Part shown: one piece after another, positions 18,788 to 29,152 of the stretch
How the letters are laid out: every line of letters starts with the position of its first letter
Numbering within the stretch: the stretch's first letter is position 1
NCBI GenBank assembly: GCA_900541795.1
Contig: UQLC01000010.1
Span: 4,669-68,668, forward strand
DNA length: 64,000 nt
Source of the DNA: an uncultured Collinsella sp.
GTDB taxonomy: Bacteria > Actinomycetota > Coriobacteriia > Coriobacteriales > Coriobacteriaceae
Direction of reading: 5' to 3'
Made by a program: the position numbers and the translations under genes
The notes under the pieces: generated by a model
Database searches by the model: none
What the model was told of the DNA's origin: nothing
The model's input: only the letters and a program-made list of their open reading frames with translations

Positions 18788-18844
18788 TGCGGAAAGGGTG
18801 TGAATGTTTGATTTACGCGCTATGATGTGCCCTTGCATAGAGAG

Positions 18845-18881
18845 CCCGGCGGAATGGTAACGGTCGCCGGGACACGTTTTT
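18845..18881 (+). promoter_or_regulatory. terminator-like hairpin plus U-tract in the metK leader (candidate attenuator or riboswitch expression platform)
   Basis: cccggcg / 13-nt loop / cgccggg followed by acacgttttt. It ends 13 nt before the metK ATG, directly abutting the RBS gaaagga. Confidence 0.35.
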
Positions 18882-18893
18882 GAAAGGACAATC

Positions 18894-20174
<1,281 letters not shown>

Positions 20175-20211
20175 GCTAACGAGAAAAGCCGCAGCCAAAT
20201 AGCAACGCACC

Positions 20212-20250
20212 AAAAGAAGTACCGGCCCCAACCGGTACTTCTTTTTTATT
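20212..20250 (+). terminator. intrinsic terminator of metK
   Basis: aaaagaagtaccgg / ccccaa / ccggtacttctttt form a 14-bp stem followed by a T-run. Confidence 0.8.
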
Positions 20251-20341
20251 TAAAGGTGGTGAAGATGAGCCTACCTGGGACATGGAATAAATCACAGGCC
20301 GATAAATTTTGCAGCAGAGCGACTCCAACCATGTATCCTAA

Positions 20342-20462
20342 GTTCCGAGGGCTTTAGTATTTGGTCGATCGCGAGTTCCGCACGAGCCGGAGGCCACTTA
20401 ATGTGGCCTCCGTGCGAGCAGGACTGTCCGAGCAGGCGACCAAATACTAAAGCCCTCGGAAC
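20342..20462. repeat. family-B nested palindrome, copy 1 (26-bp unique arms plus conserved 69-nt core)
   Basis: The arms 20342-20367 and 20437-20462 are perfect reverse complements. The core 20368-20436 is nearly identical to 58094-58161. Confidence 0.8.
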
Positions 20463-20485
20463 GACGGGACAAAGAAGGAGCACCC

Positions 20486-22093
20486 ATGGCAGGCAAGCCG
20501 CAAACACTAGCTACGACCTCGGCATTCGAGATCTTGGGCCCCGTCATGGTCGGCCCCAGTTCATCGCACACCGCCGGCGCCCTGCGGTGTGCACAGGTGG
20601 CTGCCAGCCTGCTGGAAGGCCGCATCACCAAAGTCACCTTTGGCCTGTGGAACTCCTTCGCCCACACCTACCGCGGCCACGGCACCGACCGCGCGCTCGT
20701 CGCGGGCATCCTAGGCCTCGACACCGATGACGAGAACATCAAGCAGGCCTTCGACCTCGCACGCGAGCAGGGCCTCGAATATCACTTTGACATCAAGGGC
20801 GACGACGCGTCCATCCACCCCAACACCGTCGACATCGACATGGTCGACAACACGGGCGCTACGGCACAGGTCCGCGGCGAGAGCCTGGGCGGCGGCAAGA
20901 TGCGCATCAGCCGCATTAACGGCGTCGGCGTCGACATCTCGGGCATGTACTCCACACTCTTCGTGGCGCACTACGACGTCCCCGGCGTACTCGCCGCGCT
21001 CACCAACCTGCTCGCCTACGCCCACGTGAACATCGCCTTCTGCCGCACCTACCGCACCGAAGTGGGCGGCCAGGCCTACTCCGTCTTTGAGACCGACGGC
21101 ACACCCGACGACACCGTCATCCCCATGGTGCGCAAACTCGACAACGTCGGCTACGCCACCTTTATCGAGCTCCCTGGTTCTGCCTCGTCGCTCTCCCCCG
21201 GCGTCTCGGCCAAGGAAATCTTCGACGACGGCGAGCAGCTGCTCGATGCGTGTGAGGAACTGGGGCTCAGCATCGGCGCCGTCATGGCCGTTCGCGAGGC
21301 GCGTCTGACCGGTGAGGCCCACGCCGTCGCCGCCATGCGCCGCGTGCTCGACGTCATGCGCGAGGAGACCACGGCCCCCATCGCCAATCCGCAACGCTCG
21401 CTCGGCGGGCTTATCGGCGGCGAGGCCAAGCTCGTCGAAGCAACCGGCTGCAACGATTTGAGTGCAAGCCTGATGGGCGCCGTCCAGACCGACGCCGTTG
21501 CCCGCGCCATGGCCGTGCTCGAGCGCTCCGCTACCATGGGCGTGATTGTCGCCGCCCCCACGGCAGGCTCCGCGGGTGTTGTGCCCGGCTGCGTGCTGGC
21601 GCTCGCCGATCGCCTGCAGCTCGACGATGAGCAGGTCATGGACGCGCTCTACTGCGCAGCCGCAATCGGCCTCAACCTCACCACAAGCGCCTGTGTTGCC
21701 GGCGCCGAGGGCGGCTGCCAAGCCGAGGTGGGAAGCGCCGCTGCCATGGCAGCCGCCGCGTTGGTGCAGATGCTCGGCGGCACGCCCGAGCAGGCGCTCG
21801 ACGCCAGTTCCATCGCGCTGAGTAACCTGCTGGGCCTCGTTTGCGACCCCGTCGGTGGCCTCGTGGAGGTGCCCTGCCAAAACCGCAACGCCATTGGCGT
21901 GGCAGCGGCCTTTAGCTCGGCACAACTCGCCCTCGCAGGCATTAAGAGCTTGGTGCCGTTTGACCAGATGGCACATGTCATGCTTTCGGTGGGCCACGCG
22001 TTGCCGGCCACGCTGCGCGAGACGGCAAAGGGCGGCATCGCGCAGGCTCCGGCCGCACTTTCGGCCTGTGCAAAATGCGGTGTGTGCGGATAG
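20486..22093 (+). CDS. sdaA: L-serine ammonia-lyase, iron-sulfur type, fused beta-alpha single chain
   Basis: 535 aa. The N-terminus FEILGPVMVGPSSSHTAGA and an ACT-like segment are SdaAB-like. They are followed by the SdaAA-like alpha domain. RBS aaagaaggag lies upstream. Confidence 0.9.
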   Translation: MAGKPQTLATTSAFEILGPVMVGPSSSHTAGALRCAQVAASLLEGRITKVTFGLWNSFAHTYRGHGTDRALVAGILGLDTDDENIKQAFDLAREQGLEYHFDIKGDDASIHPNTVDIDMVDNTGATAQVRGESLGGGKMRISRINGVGVDISGMYSTLFVAHYDVPGVLAALTNLLAYAHVNIAFCRTYRTEVGGQAYSVFETDGTPDDTVIPMVRKLDNVGYATFIELPGSASSLSPGVSAKEIFDDGEQLLDACEELGLSIGAVMAVREARLTGEAHAVAAMRRVLDVMREETTAPIANPQRSLGGLIGGEAKLVEATGCNDLSASLMGAVQTDAVARAMAVLERSATMGVIVAAPTAGSAGVVPGCVLALADRLQLDDEQVMDALYCAAAIGLNLTTSACVAGAEGGCQAEVGSAAAMAAAALVQMLGGTPEQALDASSIALSNLLGLVCDPVGGLVEVPCQNRNAIGVAAAFSSAQLALAGIKSLVPFDQMAHVMLSVGHALPATLRETAKGGIAQAPAALSACAKCGVCG

Positions 22094-22111
22094 CGGCAAA
22101 GAACGACTCAA

Positions 22112-22139
22112 AGGTGGGACAAATGTCCCACCTCTTTTG
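22112..22139 (+). terminator. intrinsic terminator of sdaA
   Basis: aggtgggac / aaat / gtcccacct followed by cttttg. Confidence 0.7.
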
Positions 22140-22233
22140 AATGCCACCGTTTCCGTACCACAAACAGCAGGGCAATCGCTATAATGCAAGCCCAGTAAAA
22201 ACACGATGAACCGCAAGGCGAAAATCGAAGGAT

Positions 22234-23976
22234 ATGCATACGATGTCGCAAAACGATCGAACTCAACTGATTCCCGATCCGCAGCAGCCGAGCAGGCACA
22301 CCGGCGGCGTTCAGTCGCCGCGTCCTATCGCGCCGAGCCACGGTCAGCAGCGTGGTGCGGCAAACGCTTCCCAACGCCCGAACCAACAGCGACAGCAGCG
22401 TCAACAACGTCAGCAGCGCCAGGCAAACGGCAATGCGCCCAAGCAGCCCCCCACGCACGCTCGAGGCGATCGCGGCCCCGCGCGCAAACCCGCCGAGAAC
22501 AATAAGTCGGGCAAAAAGACGACGCTCTTTGTCATCCTGGGTCTAATCGTCATTATCTATATCGTAGGCGTCGTAGCGTTTTCGCAGGTAGCCTACCCCA
22601 ACACCACCATTGCCGGCGTCGACGTCTCCTTCTCCAACGCTTCGTCTGCCGCCACCAAGGTCAACTCGGCATGGAAGCACTATAAGCTCACCGTGACAGG
22701 CGATGACTTTAGCTGGACCTATCAGCCCGAGTCCGATGAGCCCATCGTCGACGGCGAAGCTGCCGCAAAAGAAATCATCAGCCACAACGAAGCCTTTATT
22801 TGGCCGGTCCGCCTTGTGGAATCCTTAAGCGGCAAGACCAAAACAACCGCTACCTCCAACGAAGTCGATCTTGATCAAGACGTCGACCTGTCCATGCTCT
22901 CCGACGCCTTTGACCAAAAGAAGTTTGAGGAGGACCTGGGCGCCGCTATCGACGAGTTTAACGAGGGCCGTTCGGGCACGTTCGAGGCCAATAGCTCCTA
23001 TGACGAGCAGGCCGGCAAGTTTACCGTCGAGAAGGCGCGCTCCAACGAGAAAATCAACCGCGAGCATGTCATTAAGTATGCCGAGCTCGAGCTTGCCTCG
23101 CTGGCCGAGTCCGTAGATCTTTCCAAGCTCGGCAACGATGCCTATGAGCCGCTCAATGGAACGCTGACCGATGATCAGATTCAGGCCGCATGCGATGCCG
23201 CCAACAACTTCCTGGGCGTCAACGTGACCCTCAAGCTCAACGGCGAGGATGCCGGCAAGGTTGATGGCAGCTCCGTATTGCAGTGGATCAGCTTTGCCGA
23301 TCCCGCCAACCCAACGCTCGATACGTCGCAGATCAGCAACTGGGCAGCCGAACTCGCCAACGGCTTTAATACCGTGGGCTCCACTCGCTGGTGGACGCGC
23401 GCCGATGGCAAGCAGTGCGCCGTCGAAGGCGGCGACTTTGGTTGGTCCATCGACAGCAGCTCGCTCGCCAAGCAGGTCGAGGACGCCATTAACAACAAGC
23501 AGACCGGCGAAATCGAGATCAAGTACTCCCAGAAGGCCGACACCTTTACCGCAAAGGGAGAGCCCGACTGGAAGGCGTATATCGACGTCGACTTGTCCGA
23601 ACAGCACGCGCGCTACTATGACGAGAGCGGAAATATCGTTTGGGAGGCCAACTTTATCTCGGGCAAGCCGGGCGAGGACGCAACCCCCGAGGGCGTGTGG
23701 CAGATCAACAGCAACGACGGCGGCAGCACCCTGATCGGAGCCAAGGACCCCGAGACCGGCAAGCCCAAATACGAGAGTCCGGTGAGCTACTGGATGCCGT
23801 TTGAGGGCAACATGATCGGCTTCCATGATGCCACCTGGCAAAACGACAAGAGCTTCGATAACGCCGAGTCGTACAAATGGTGCGGCAGCCACGGCTGCAT
23901 CAACCTGCGCCTGGCAGACGCCAAGGCACTTCACGACTGCATCAAAGTCGGCCTATGCGTGGTTGTCCACTCGTAG
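22234..23976 (+). CDS. L,D-transpeptidase (YkuD domain) with a Gln/Arg-rich cytoplasmic N-terminus and a single TM segment
   Basis: 580 aa. The C-terminal YkuD signature is GFHDATWQ...CGSHGCINLRLADA. The TM segment is TLFVILGLIVIIYIVGVVAF. The N-terminal 90 aa are Q/R/P-rich. Confidence 0.8.
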   Translation: MHTMSQNDRTQLIPDPQQPSRHTGGVQSPRPIAPSHGQQRGAANASQRPNQQRQQRQQRQQRQANGNAPKQPPTHARGDRGPARKPAENNKSGKKTTLFVILGLIVIIYIVGVVAFSQVAYPNTTIAGVDVSFSNASSAATKVNSAWKHYKLTVTGDDFSWTYQPESDEPIVDGEAAAKEIISHNEAFIWPVRLVESLSGKTKTTATSNEVDLDQDVDLSMLSDAFDQKKFEEDLGAAIDEFNEGRSGTFEANSSYDEQAGKFTVEKARSNEKINREHVIKYAELELASLAESVDLSKLGNDAYEPLNGTLTDDQIQAACDAANNFLGVNVTLKLNGEDAGKVDGSSVLQWISFADPANPTLDTSQISNWAAELANGFNTVGSTRWWTRADGKQCAVEGGDFGWSIDSSSLAKQVEDAINNKQTGEIEIKYSQKADTFTAKGEPDWKAYIDVDLSEQHARYYDESGNIVWEANFISGKPGEDATPEGVWQINSNDGGSTLIGAKDPETGKPKYESPVSYWMPFEGNMIGFHDATWQNDKSFDNAESYKWCGSHGCINLRLADAKALHDCIKVGLCVVVHS

Positions 23977-24044
23977 TGCAACGCGCGCATTCCTACAACG
24001 TGGAACCGCTGCGACCAATCTAACAGTTCCGAAAGAAACCGTTC

Positions 24045-24074
24045 TATGCGCCCACCCCAACCGGTGGGCGCATA
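24045..24074 (+). terminator. 12-bp-stem hairpin after the L,D-transpeptidase gene
   Basis: tatgcgcccacc / ccaacc / ggtgggcgcata. There is no clear T-run. Confidence 0.4.
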
Positions 24075-24108
24075 TACTTATCGAGGTACTTTCTATAAAA
24101 GAGACGCT

Positions 24109-25545
24109 ATGCCGAATGTCCCCACGACCACCCCGGGCCCGGATGATACCGAGCACACGCTCGAAGATGTCACCGAAACGATTCCTCTGATTACAAACGT
24201 ACATGCCGATAAGCAGAGCGGACGCGCGAACGATGCGACCGAGATTTCCGATGAAGAGGCATATGCCAAGCTCAAGGCAAAACGTGCCGAACGTCGACGC
24301 AAAAAGCTCATCCGACGCGGCATTGCGGCCGGCGTCGTGGCCGCCATTGTGCTCATCGCCGTTGTCGTGACCTTAGCCATCAACGCACGGCCCGCAGGCA
24401 ACAACGGGCCGGTGACCGACATGGTGACCGAGGGCACGTTTACCACAACGGTCGAGGCGAAAGGCCAGCTCAAACCCATTTCGTCCTCAGTGGTCTCCCC
24501 TTCTGTCGACGGTACGGTCGATTCGATCAACGTGCAGGCGGGCCAATCCGTCAACGAGGGCGACGTGCTTATGACCATTAAAAACGACGAGCTCGATCGC
24601 AACGTTGCCGAGGCGCAGCGTGCAGTTGCTGCCGCTCAAGAAGACCTCGCTAATGCGAAGAAAGCCGCAGCTGCCGCTCAGGCCACCCCAACGACGGACG
24701 TCGATGGAGCTTCCGCAGCGGCGTTCGTCTCCGCCGCATCGGCGGACACGAACGCCGTATCGGCCGCGCAGCGCAGCCTCGCATCGGCCCAGGCAAACCT
24801 CGATCAGGCGAACGCCAAGGCGGCCAGTCGTACGGTCACGGCCCCGAGCTCGGGCAGTATCGTAGAGCTCAACGCCAAGGTGGGCGCCACGGTAACAGGC
24901 GGCATGATCATGGGCGAAAGCGATACGAGCGGCGGCAAGCAGTGCATGCAGATCGCCGACCTATCCAAGATGAAGGTGACCGTACAGGTGGGAGAAAAGG
25001 ACATCGCCAAGATCGCCGTTGGGCAGAGTGCCAACGTCACGTATCCCGCGTTTCCCGATATCGTGAGCCAGGGCACCGTCACGGCTATCGCGTCGGTGGC
25101 AAACTCCGACGCCGCCAACGGTGGCGGCGGCAGCGTAACCTTTAACGTCGACATTCTCATAGAGGCGCCCGACGCGCGCCTGAAGCCGGGCATGACGGCC
25201 GAGGTATCGGTGGTGACCGAGCAGCTCGACGACGTGGTGATGGTGCCGACGATGGCGCTCATGACCGAAGACGGCGAACACTATTACGTCAACGTGGCAA
25301 CCGATGACGAGGGCAAGCATACCCGTCGCGTGAAGGTGACCGTCGTGACGCAAAACGACAACGAAGCCGTAGTCGGCAAGACACAGGTAAAGCGCGACGA
25401 CCAGGGCAACGAGATCAACCCCAACGTGCCGGTTACCAAGCTGCGCGATGGCGACACCCTCGTCATGGACACCGGAGCGGACGCAACGGCTGAAGGCGGC
25501 TACAGCACGGATTCGGGCAGCATGTCTGACGACGAGGGCATGTAA
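24109..25545 (+). CDS. efflux periplasmic adaptor (HlyD/MacA family)
   Basis: An N-terminal TM segment (GVVAAIVLIAVVVTLAI), a coiled-coil Ala-rich segment, and biotinyl-lipoyl-like and beta-barrel segments. The stop overlaps the next gene's ATG. The ORF-track start 24046 lies inside the upstream hairpin, so ATG 24109 is preferred. Confidence 0.8.
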   Translation: MPNVPTTTPGPDDTEHTLEDVTETIPLITNVHADKQSGRANDATEISDEEAYAKLKAKRAERRRKKLIRRGIAAGVVAAIVLIAVVVTLAINARPAGNNGPVTDMVTEGTFTTTVEAKGQLKPISSSVVSPSVDGTVDSINVQAGQSVNEGDVLMTIKNDELDRNVAEAQRAVAAAQEDLANAKKAAAAAQATPTTDVDGASAAAFVSAASADTNAVSAAQRSLASAQANLDQANAKAASRTVTAPSSGSIVELNAKVGATVTGGMIMGESDTSGGKQCMQIADLSKMKVTVQVGEKDIAKIAVGQSANVTYPAFPDIVSQGTVTAIASVANSDAANGGGGSVTFNVDILIEAPDARLKPGMTAEVSVVTEQLDDVVMVPTMALMTEDGEHYYVNVATDDEGKHTRRVKVTVVTQNDNEAVVGKTQVKRDDQGNEINPNVPVTKLRDGDTLVMDTGADATAEGGYSTDSGSMSDDEGM

Positions 25546-26318
25546 TGCGTCCCGTTATCGACATCCGCAACGTGCACCGCATTTTTGAGAGCGAGGCGGG
25601 TTGCGCCCACATCCTGCACAACGTGAGCCTGGCGGTAGAACCCGGCGAGTTCGTCGCCATTACCGGCCCTTCGGGCTCGGGCAAGTCAACGCTCATGAAC
25701 ATCCTGGGCTGCCTGGACAAACCGACGGCGGGCGACTATTACCTGCAAGGGCTCAACGTGGCCGAGCTCGATGATGACGAGCTCACCGAAGTCCGCGCCC
25801 TGAGCATTGGCTTTGTCTTTCAGAGCTTCAACCTGCTGCCGCGCCTGTCGGTTATCGAAAACGTCATGCTGCCGCTGGCCTACACCAATGTGCCCCGTAG
25901 CCAGCGCGAAATGCGCGCCGTTCACGCGCTGCAGGCTGTCACGCTGCCCGTCGACCACTGGGACCACCGCATATCCGAGCTCTCGGGCGGCCAGATGCAG
26001 CGCGTCGCAATCGCGCGCGCCCTCGTCAATGACCCGCCCATCATCCTGGCCGATGAGCCGACGGGAAACCTGGACTCCGCTACCGGAGCGCTTGTGATGG
26101 AGACCTTCCATAAGCTCCAGAAGCGCGGCAAAACCATCGTGCTTATCACACACGACCCCGGCATCGCCGCCGAGGCCGACCGTGCCGTGACCATCCGCGA
26201 CGGTCGCATTCACGATGGCGCGTATATTCCACATGCACCGCGGACCCTGCGCAGCGCCGTGGATAGCCTGCCCATGATTTCCGCCTCCGCCAACCCGCCG
26301 AAAGGAGAGATGGCATGA
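25545..26318 (+). CDS. ABC transporter ATP-binding protein (MacB/LolD type)
   Basis: Walker [10 protein letters not shown], signature [15 protein letters not shown], Walker [12 protein letters not shown]. Confidence 0.9.
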   Translation: MRPVIDIRNVHRIFESEAGCAHILHNVSLAVEPGEFVAITGPSGSGKSTLMNILGCLDKPTAGDYYLQGLNVAELDDDELTEVRALSIGFVFQSFNLLPRLSVIENVMLPLAYTNVPRSQREMRAVHALQAVTLPVDHWDHRISELSGGQMQRVAIARALVNDPPIILADEPTGNLDSATGALVMETFHKLQKRGKTIVLITHDPGIAAEADRAVTIRDGRIHDGAYIPHAPRTLRSAVDSLPMISASANPPKGEMA

Positions 26319-27529
26319 GCGCCCGCGATCTCATCCAGGAAGCCCTTCACTCGCTCGAGGCCAACAAGGGGCGCAGCCTGCTCACCATCCTGGGCATTGT
26401 CATCGGCATCGCCTCGGTTATCGCCATGACTTCGCTCATCGGCGGCATCCAAAACAGCCTGGTCAACAGCCTGGGCCTCAATGCGGCACGCATGGTGCAA
26501 ATCTATTCGTCGCAAGAACTCACAGAGTCGGACATCGAGAAGCTTCAAAAACTGGTGCCGCAGATAGAGCAGATCGGCATTGTCGACAGCGCGTATACCG
26601 AGTACAAGACCGGCGATAAAAGCTATACCGTCATGGCACAGGGTGTCGATAGCGACATGCTCGACGCCGTGGGGGCCGGAAAGCTCGTTGCGGGGCGTAC
26701 CTATTCCCAGGCCGAGTCTCAATCAGGCTCGCGCGTGGCGCTCATCAGCCGCGGCGGCGCCGATCAGCTTTACGGCAACGAACAGGATGCGCTGGGGAAA
26801 ACCATCAAGGTGTCCAACGGCGAGGTGCAGATTGTCGGCGTGATTGACGGCGGCAGCGACTCCATGGGCTCGCTCACGCTGTATATGCCACGCGAAACCA
26901 TCTCCGGCCTGTTTGGCGACGAGAATCCTTCATTCCCCAGCGTGACGGCGCTCGCCGCCGAGGACACGGACATGGATGAGCTCTGCAAGACCATCGAGTC
27001 CAAGGTGCGCGCGATGAAGGGCATCGAGGAGGAGGATGAGTACAACAGTGTATCGGCGACCTCCATGAAAAGCGCCATCGATGCACTCAACTCCTTTATG
27101 GACGCGTTCTCACTCATCATGGGTGCTGTCGCCAGCATCTCGCTGCTTGTCGGCGGTATCGGCATTATGAATATGATGCTTACCAACGTAACGGAGCGCA
27201 TCCGCGAGATCGGCATCCGCCGCGCTCTGGGCGCAAGTCGTCGCGATATCACTGCGCAGTTTTTGGCCGAATCCTCGGCGCTGTGCGTCACCGGCGGACT
27301 GCTAGGTGTCCTGATTGGCTATCTGCTGGCCTGGGCTCTTGCGATGTTTGCCGCAGGATCAGGGGTTCTCGGCGAGCTCGGTGCCAGCGGGCAAATCACA
27401 CCGAGCTTTTCAATTGCCACGGTACTGCTGGCCTTCGCCGTCTCCGTCGGCATCGGCGTAATCTTTGGCTTCTATCCCGCTCGCCGCGCGGCAAAGCTCG
27501 ACCCGGTGGAGTGCCTACGCTACCAGTAA
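26315..27529 (+). CDS. ABC transporter permease (MacB periplasmic domain plus FtsX domain)
   Basis: 404 aa. It has an N-terminal TM segment, a large extracytoplasmic domain, and a C-terminal FtsX-type triple-TM region with the ERIREIGIRRALGA motif. Confidence 0.9.
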   Translation: MSARDLIQEALHSLEANKGRSLLTILGIVIGIASVIAMTSLIGGIQNSLVNSLGLNAARMVQIYSSQELTESDIEKLQKLVPQIEQIGIVDSAYTEYKTGDKSYTVMAQGVDSDMLDAVGAGKLVAGRTYSQAESQSGSRVALISRGGADQLYGNEQDALGKTIKVSNGEVQIVGVIDGGSDSMGSLTLYMPRETISGLFGDENPSFPSVTALAAEDTDMDELCKTIESKVRAMKGIEEEDEYNSVSATSMKSAIDALNSFMDAFSLIMGAVASISLLVGGIGIMNMMLTNVTERIREIGIRRALGASRRDITAQFLAESSALCVTGGLLGVLIGYLLAWALAMFAAGSGVLGELGASGQITPSFSIATVLLAFAVSVGIGVIFGFYPARRAAKLDPVECLRYQ

Positions 27530-27541
27530 GCCACCACCAAC

Positions 27542-27610
27542 AAGTTGCGGTGAATTAGGGACTGAATATGCTATCTAGCAGCAAAAACAGACACTATTTC
27601 ACCGCAACTT
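27542..27610. repeat. family-A palindromic repeat, copy 2, at the left edge of the GC-rich B12 block
   Basis: aagttgcggtgaattagggactg (27542-27564) and cagacactatttcaccgcaactt (27588-27610). The arms are imperfect, with 3 mismatches. Confidence 0.7.
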
Positions 27611-27740
27611 ATTGAAGGGCTGCTTGCGCCAGTTCCGGGCGTCCTCCTCGAGCTATTGGCGGATGACGGTCTTGTACGGCTCGAGCTTGCTCGGGGCGCT
27701 CCTCCTCGCGGGCGAGAGGACGCGCAGGCGCGGCGAGCGC

Positions 27741-28514
27741 CTAGCGCGCGAACTCCCGTAAGAGTGCGTCTTCCACTTCCCGAAGCGAAAGGCCCCCGTC
27801 TCCCTCGGCGGGACGGGTGACCACGATGCAGCGCGCTCCCACGTCGCGCGCGGCGGCAAGCTTCTCGGCCGTGCCGCCTACGGTTCCCGAGTCCTTGGTC
27901 ACAAGCCACTGGGCTCCCACCTGCCGAAGCATCGCCTCGTTGAGCTCGCGGGTGAAGGGCCCCTGCATGCCGATGACGTGCGACGGCGAAAACCCCGCGT
28001 CGATGCACTTCGTTATAGCACCGGGCAGCGGGAGCACACGCACGAAGAAGCGCTCCGAGAAATCGGCGACGCGCGTATAGGGAGCAAGCTCCTTGCTCCC
28101 CGTCGTGAGAAGCGCGCGACCCGGGTTCTCGGAGAGAAAGCGCGCCGCGCAGGCGATCGACGCGACCGACACGACGCCTTTGGGCAGCGCCTCGGCCGGG
28201 CGCGCAAGGCGCAGACATCGTACACCCACGGCAAGCGAAGCGGCCCGGATGTTGCCGCTGGCGAGCGTAGCGAAGGGGTGCGTGGCGTCGACGACGATGC
28301 GCGCGCCGGAAAGCTCGCGCTCCATGTCGGCCTCGTCGAGCCTGCTCGCATGCACCTCGATGCCCGGAAGCTCGCCCAAAAGCTCGCCTCCGTACTCGGT
28401 TGCCGCGTAGGCACGGGCGGGGATGCCCGCCCCGCTCGCCCATTCGCACAGAAGGCGGCCCTCGGTGGTGCCGGCGAAGATGCGCAGCGCCGGCGCAGAT
28501 GCGGGCGCCGTCAC
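27741..28514 (-). CDS. cbiJ: cobalt-precorrin-6A reductase
   Basis: CbiJ/CobK-like sequence (IFAGTTEG..., VVDATHPFA, LTTGSKEL, GMQGPFT, LVTKDSG). GTG 28514 overlaps the cbiC stop (GTGA). The upstream part of the 347-aa ORF is Arg-rich junk that overlaps cbiC. Confidence 0.85.
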   Translation of the reverse strand: MTAPASAPALRIFAGTTEGRLLCEWASGAGIPARAYAATEYGGELLGELPGIEVHASRLDEADMERELSGARIVVDATHPFATLASGNIRAASLAVGVRCLRLARPAEALPKGVVSVASIACAARFLSENPGRALLTTGSKELAPYTRVADFSERFFVRVLPLPGAITKCIDAGFSPSHVIGMQGPFTRELNEAMLRQVGAQWLVTKDSGTVGGTAEKLAAARDVGARCIVVTRPAEGDGGLSLREVEDALLREFAR

Positions 28515-29152
28515 TTCGGGCCGCCTGGGCGCGTGATCTGGTAGAGCAGCGCGTTCATAATGGCGGCCGCCACGGTCGAACCACCCTTGCGACCCCTCGC
28601 GACGATGGCCGGCGCGCGTCGCGCGAGTAGCTCCTCTTTCGCCTCGACCACGTTCACAAACCCGACCGGCACCCCAACGACGAGCGCGGGCGCGATCTTC
28701 CCCTCGTCCATGAGCTCGGCGAGGCGCAGAAGTGCTGTGGGAGCGTTGCCGACGGCCACGATGAGCGGACCCTCGATGCCGCAAGCTTTGTCCATGCTCG
28801 CAACGGCGCGAGTCGTGCCCGCGGCGCGCGCAGCCACGGCGACATCAGGGTCGGCCATGTAGCACACGGCCTTGCAGCCGAGCTTCGCGAGCGCAGGCTT
28901 GCTTATGCCTGCGAGCGCCATGTTCGTATCGGTGAGCACCGTGGCCCCTGCGCGCAGTGCGTCGAGCGCACAGTGCGCGGCGTCATGAGTGAAAACGAGG
29001 GAATCGGCGTACGAGAAGTCGGCAGTGGTGTGGATGACGCGCTTCACGACGGGTTCTTCGAGCGGCGGGAACGTGCGGCCGCCGAGCTCTTCGGTGATGA
29101 TCTCGAAGCTGCGCCGCTCGATGTCGCCGGGCGCCATCTCCTTGGAATCCAT
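28511..29152 (-). CDS. cbiC: cobalt-precorrin-8 methylmutase
   Basis: 213 aa, RSFEII..., RVIHTTADF, VGNAPTAL, GVPVGFV. Confidence 0.9.
   Translation of the reverse strand: MDSKEMAPGDIERRSFEIITEELGGRTFPPLEEPVVKRVIHTTADFSYADSLVFTHDAAHCALDALRAGATVLTDTNMALAGISKPALAKLGCKAVCYMADPDVAVAARAAGTTRAVASMDKACGIEGPLIVAVGNAPTALLRLAELMDEGKIAPALVVGVPVGFVNVVEAKEELLARRAPAIVARGRKGGSTVAAAIMNALLYQITRPGGPK

Noticed and set aside
22385-22425. A CAG/CGN-rich stretch encoding (QQR)n in the L,D-transpeptidase gene, considered as a slippage-prone phase-variation tract.
   Set aside because: The repeat units use mixed codons (cag cga cag cag cgt caa caa cgt cag cag cgc), so the DNA is not a perfect short tandem repeat. 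Any slippage would also stay in frame.
27611-27740. A possible gene remnant or att site between the family-A repeat and the cbiJ stop.
   Set aside because: The only ORF here (27653-27859) overlaps cbiJ out of frame. No direct repeat matches the other end of the block, and no integrase is nearby.
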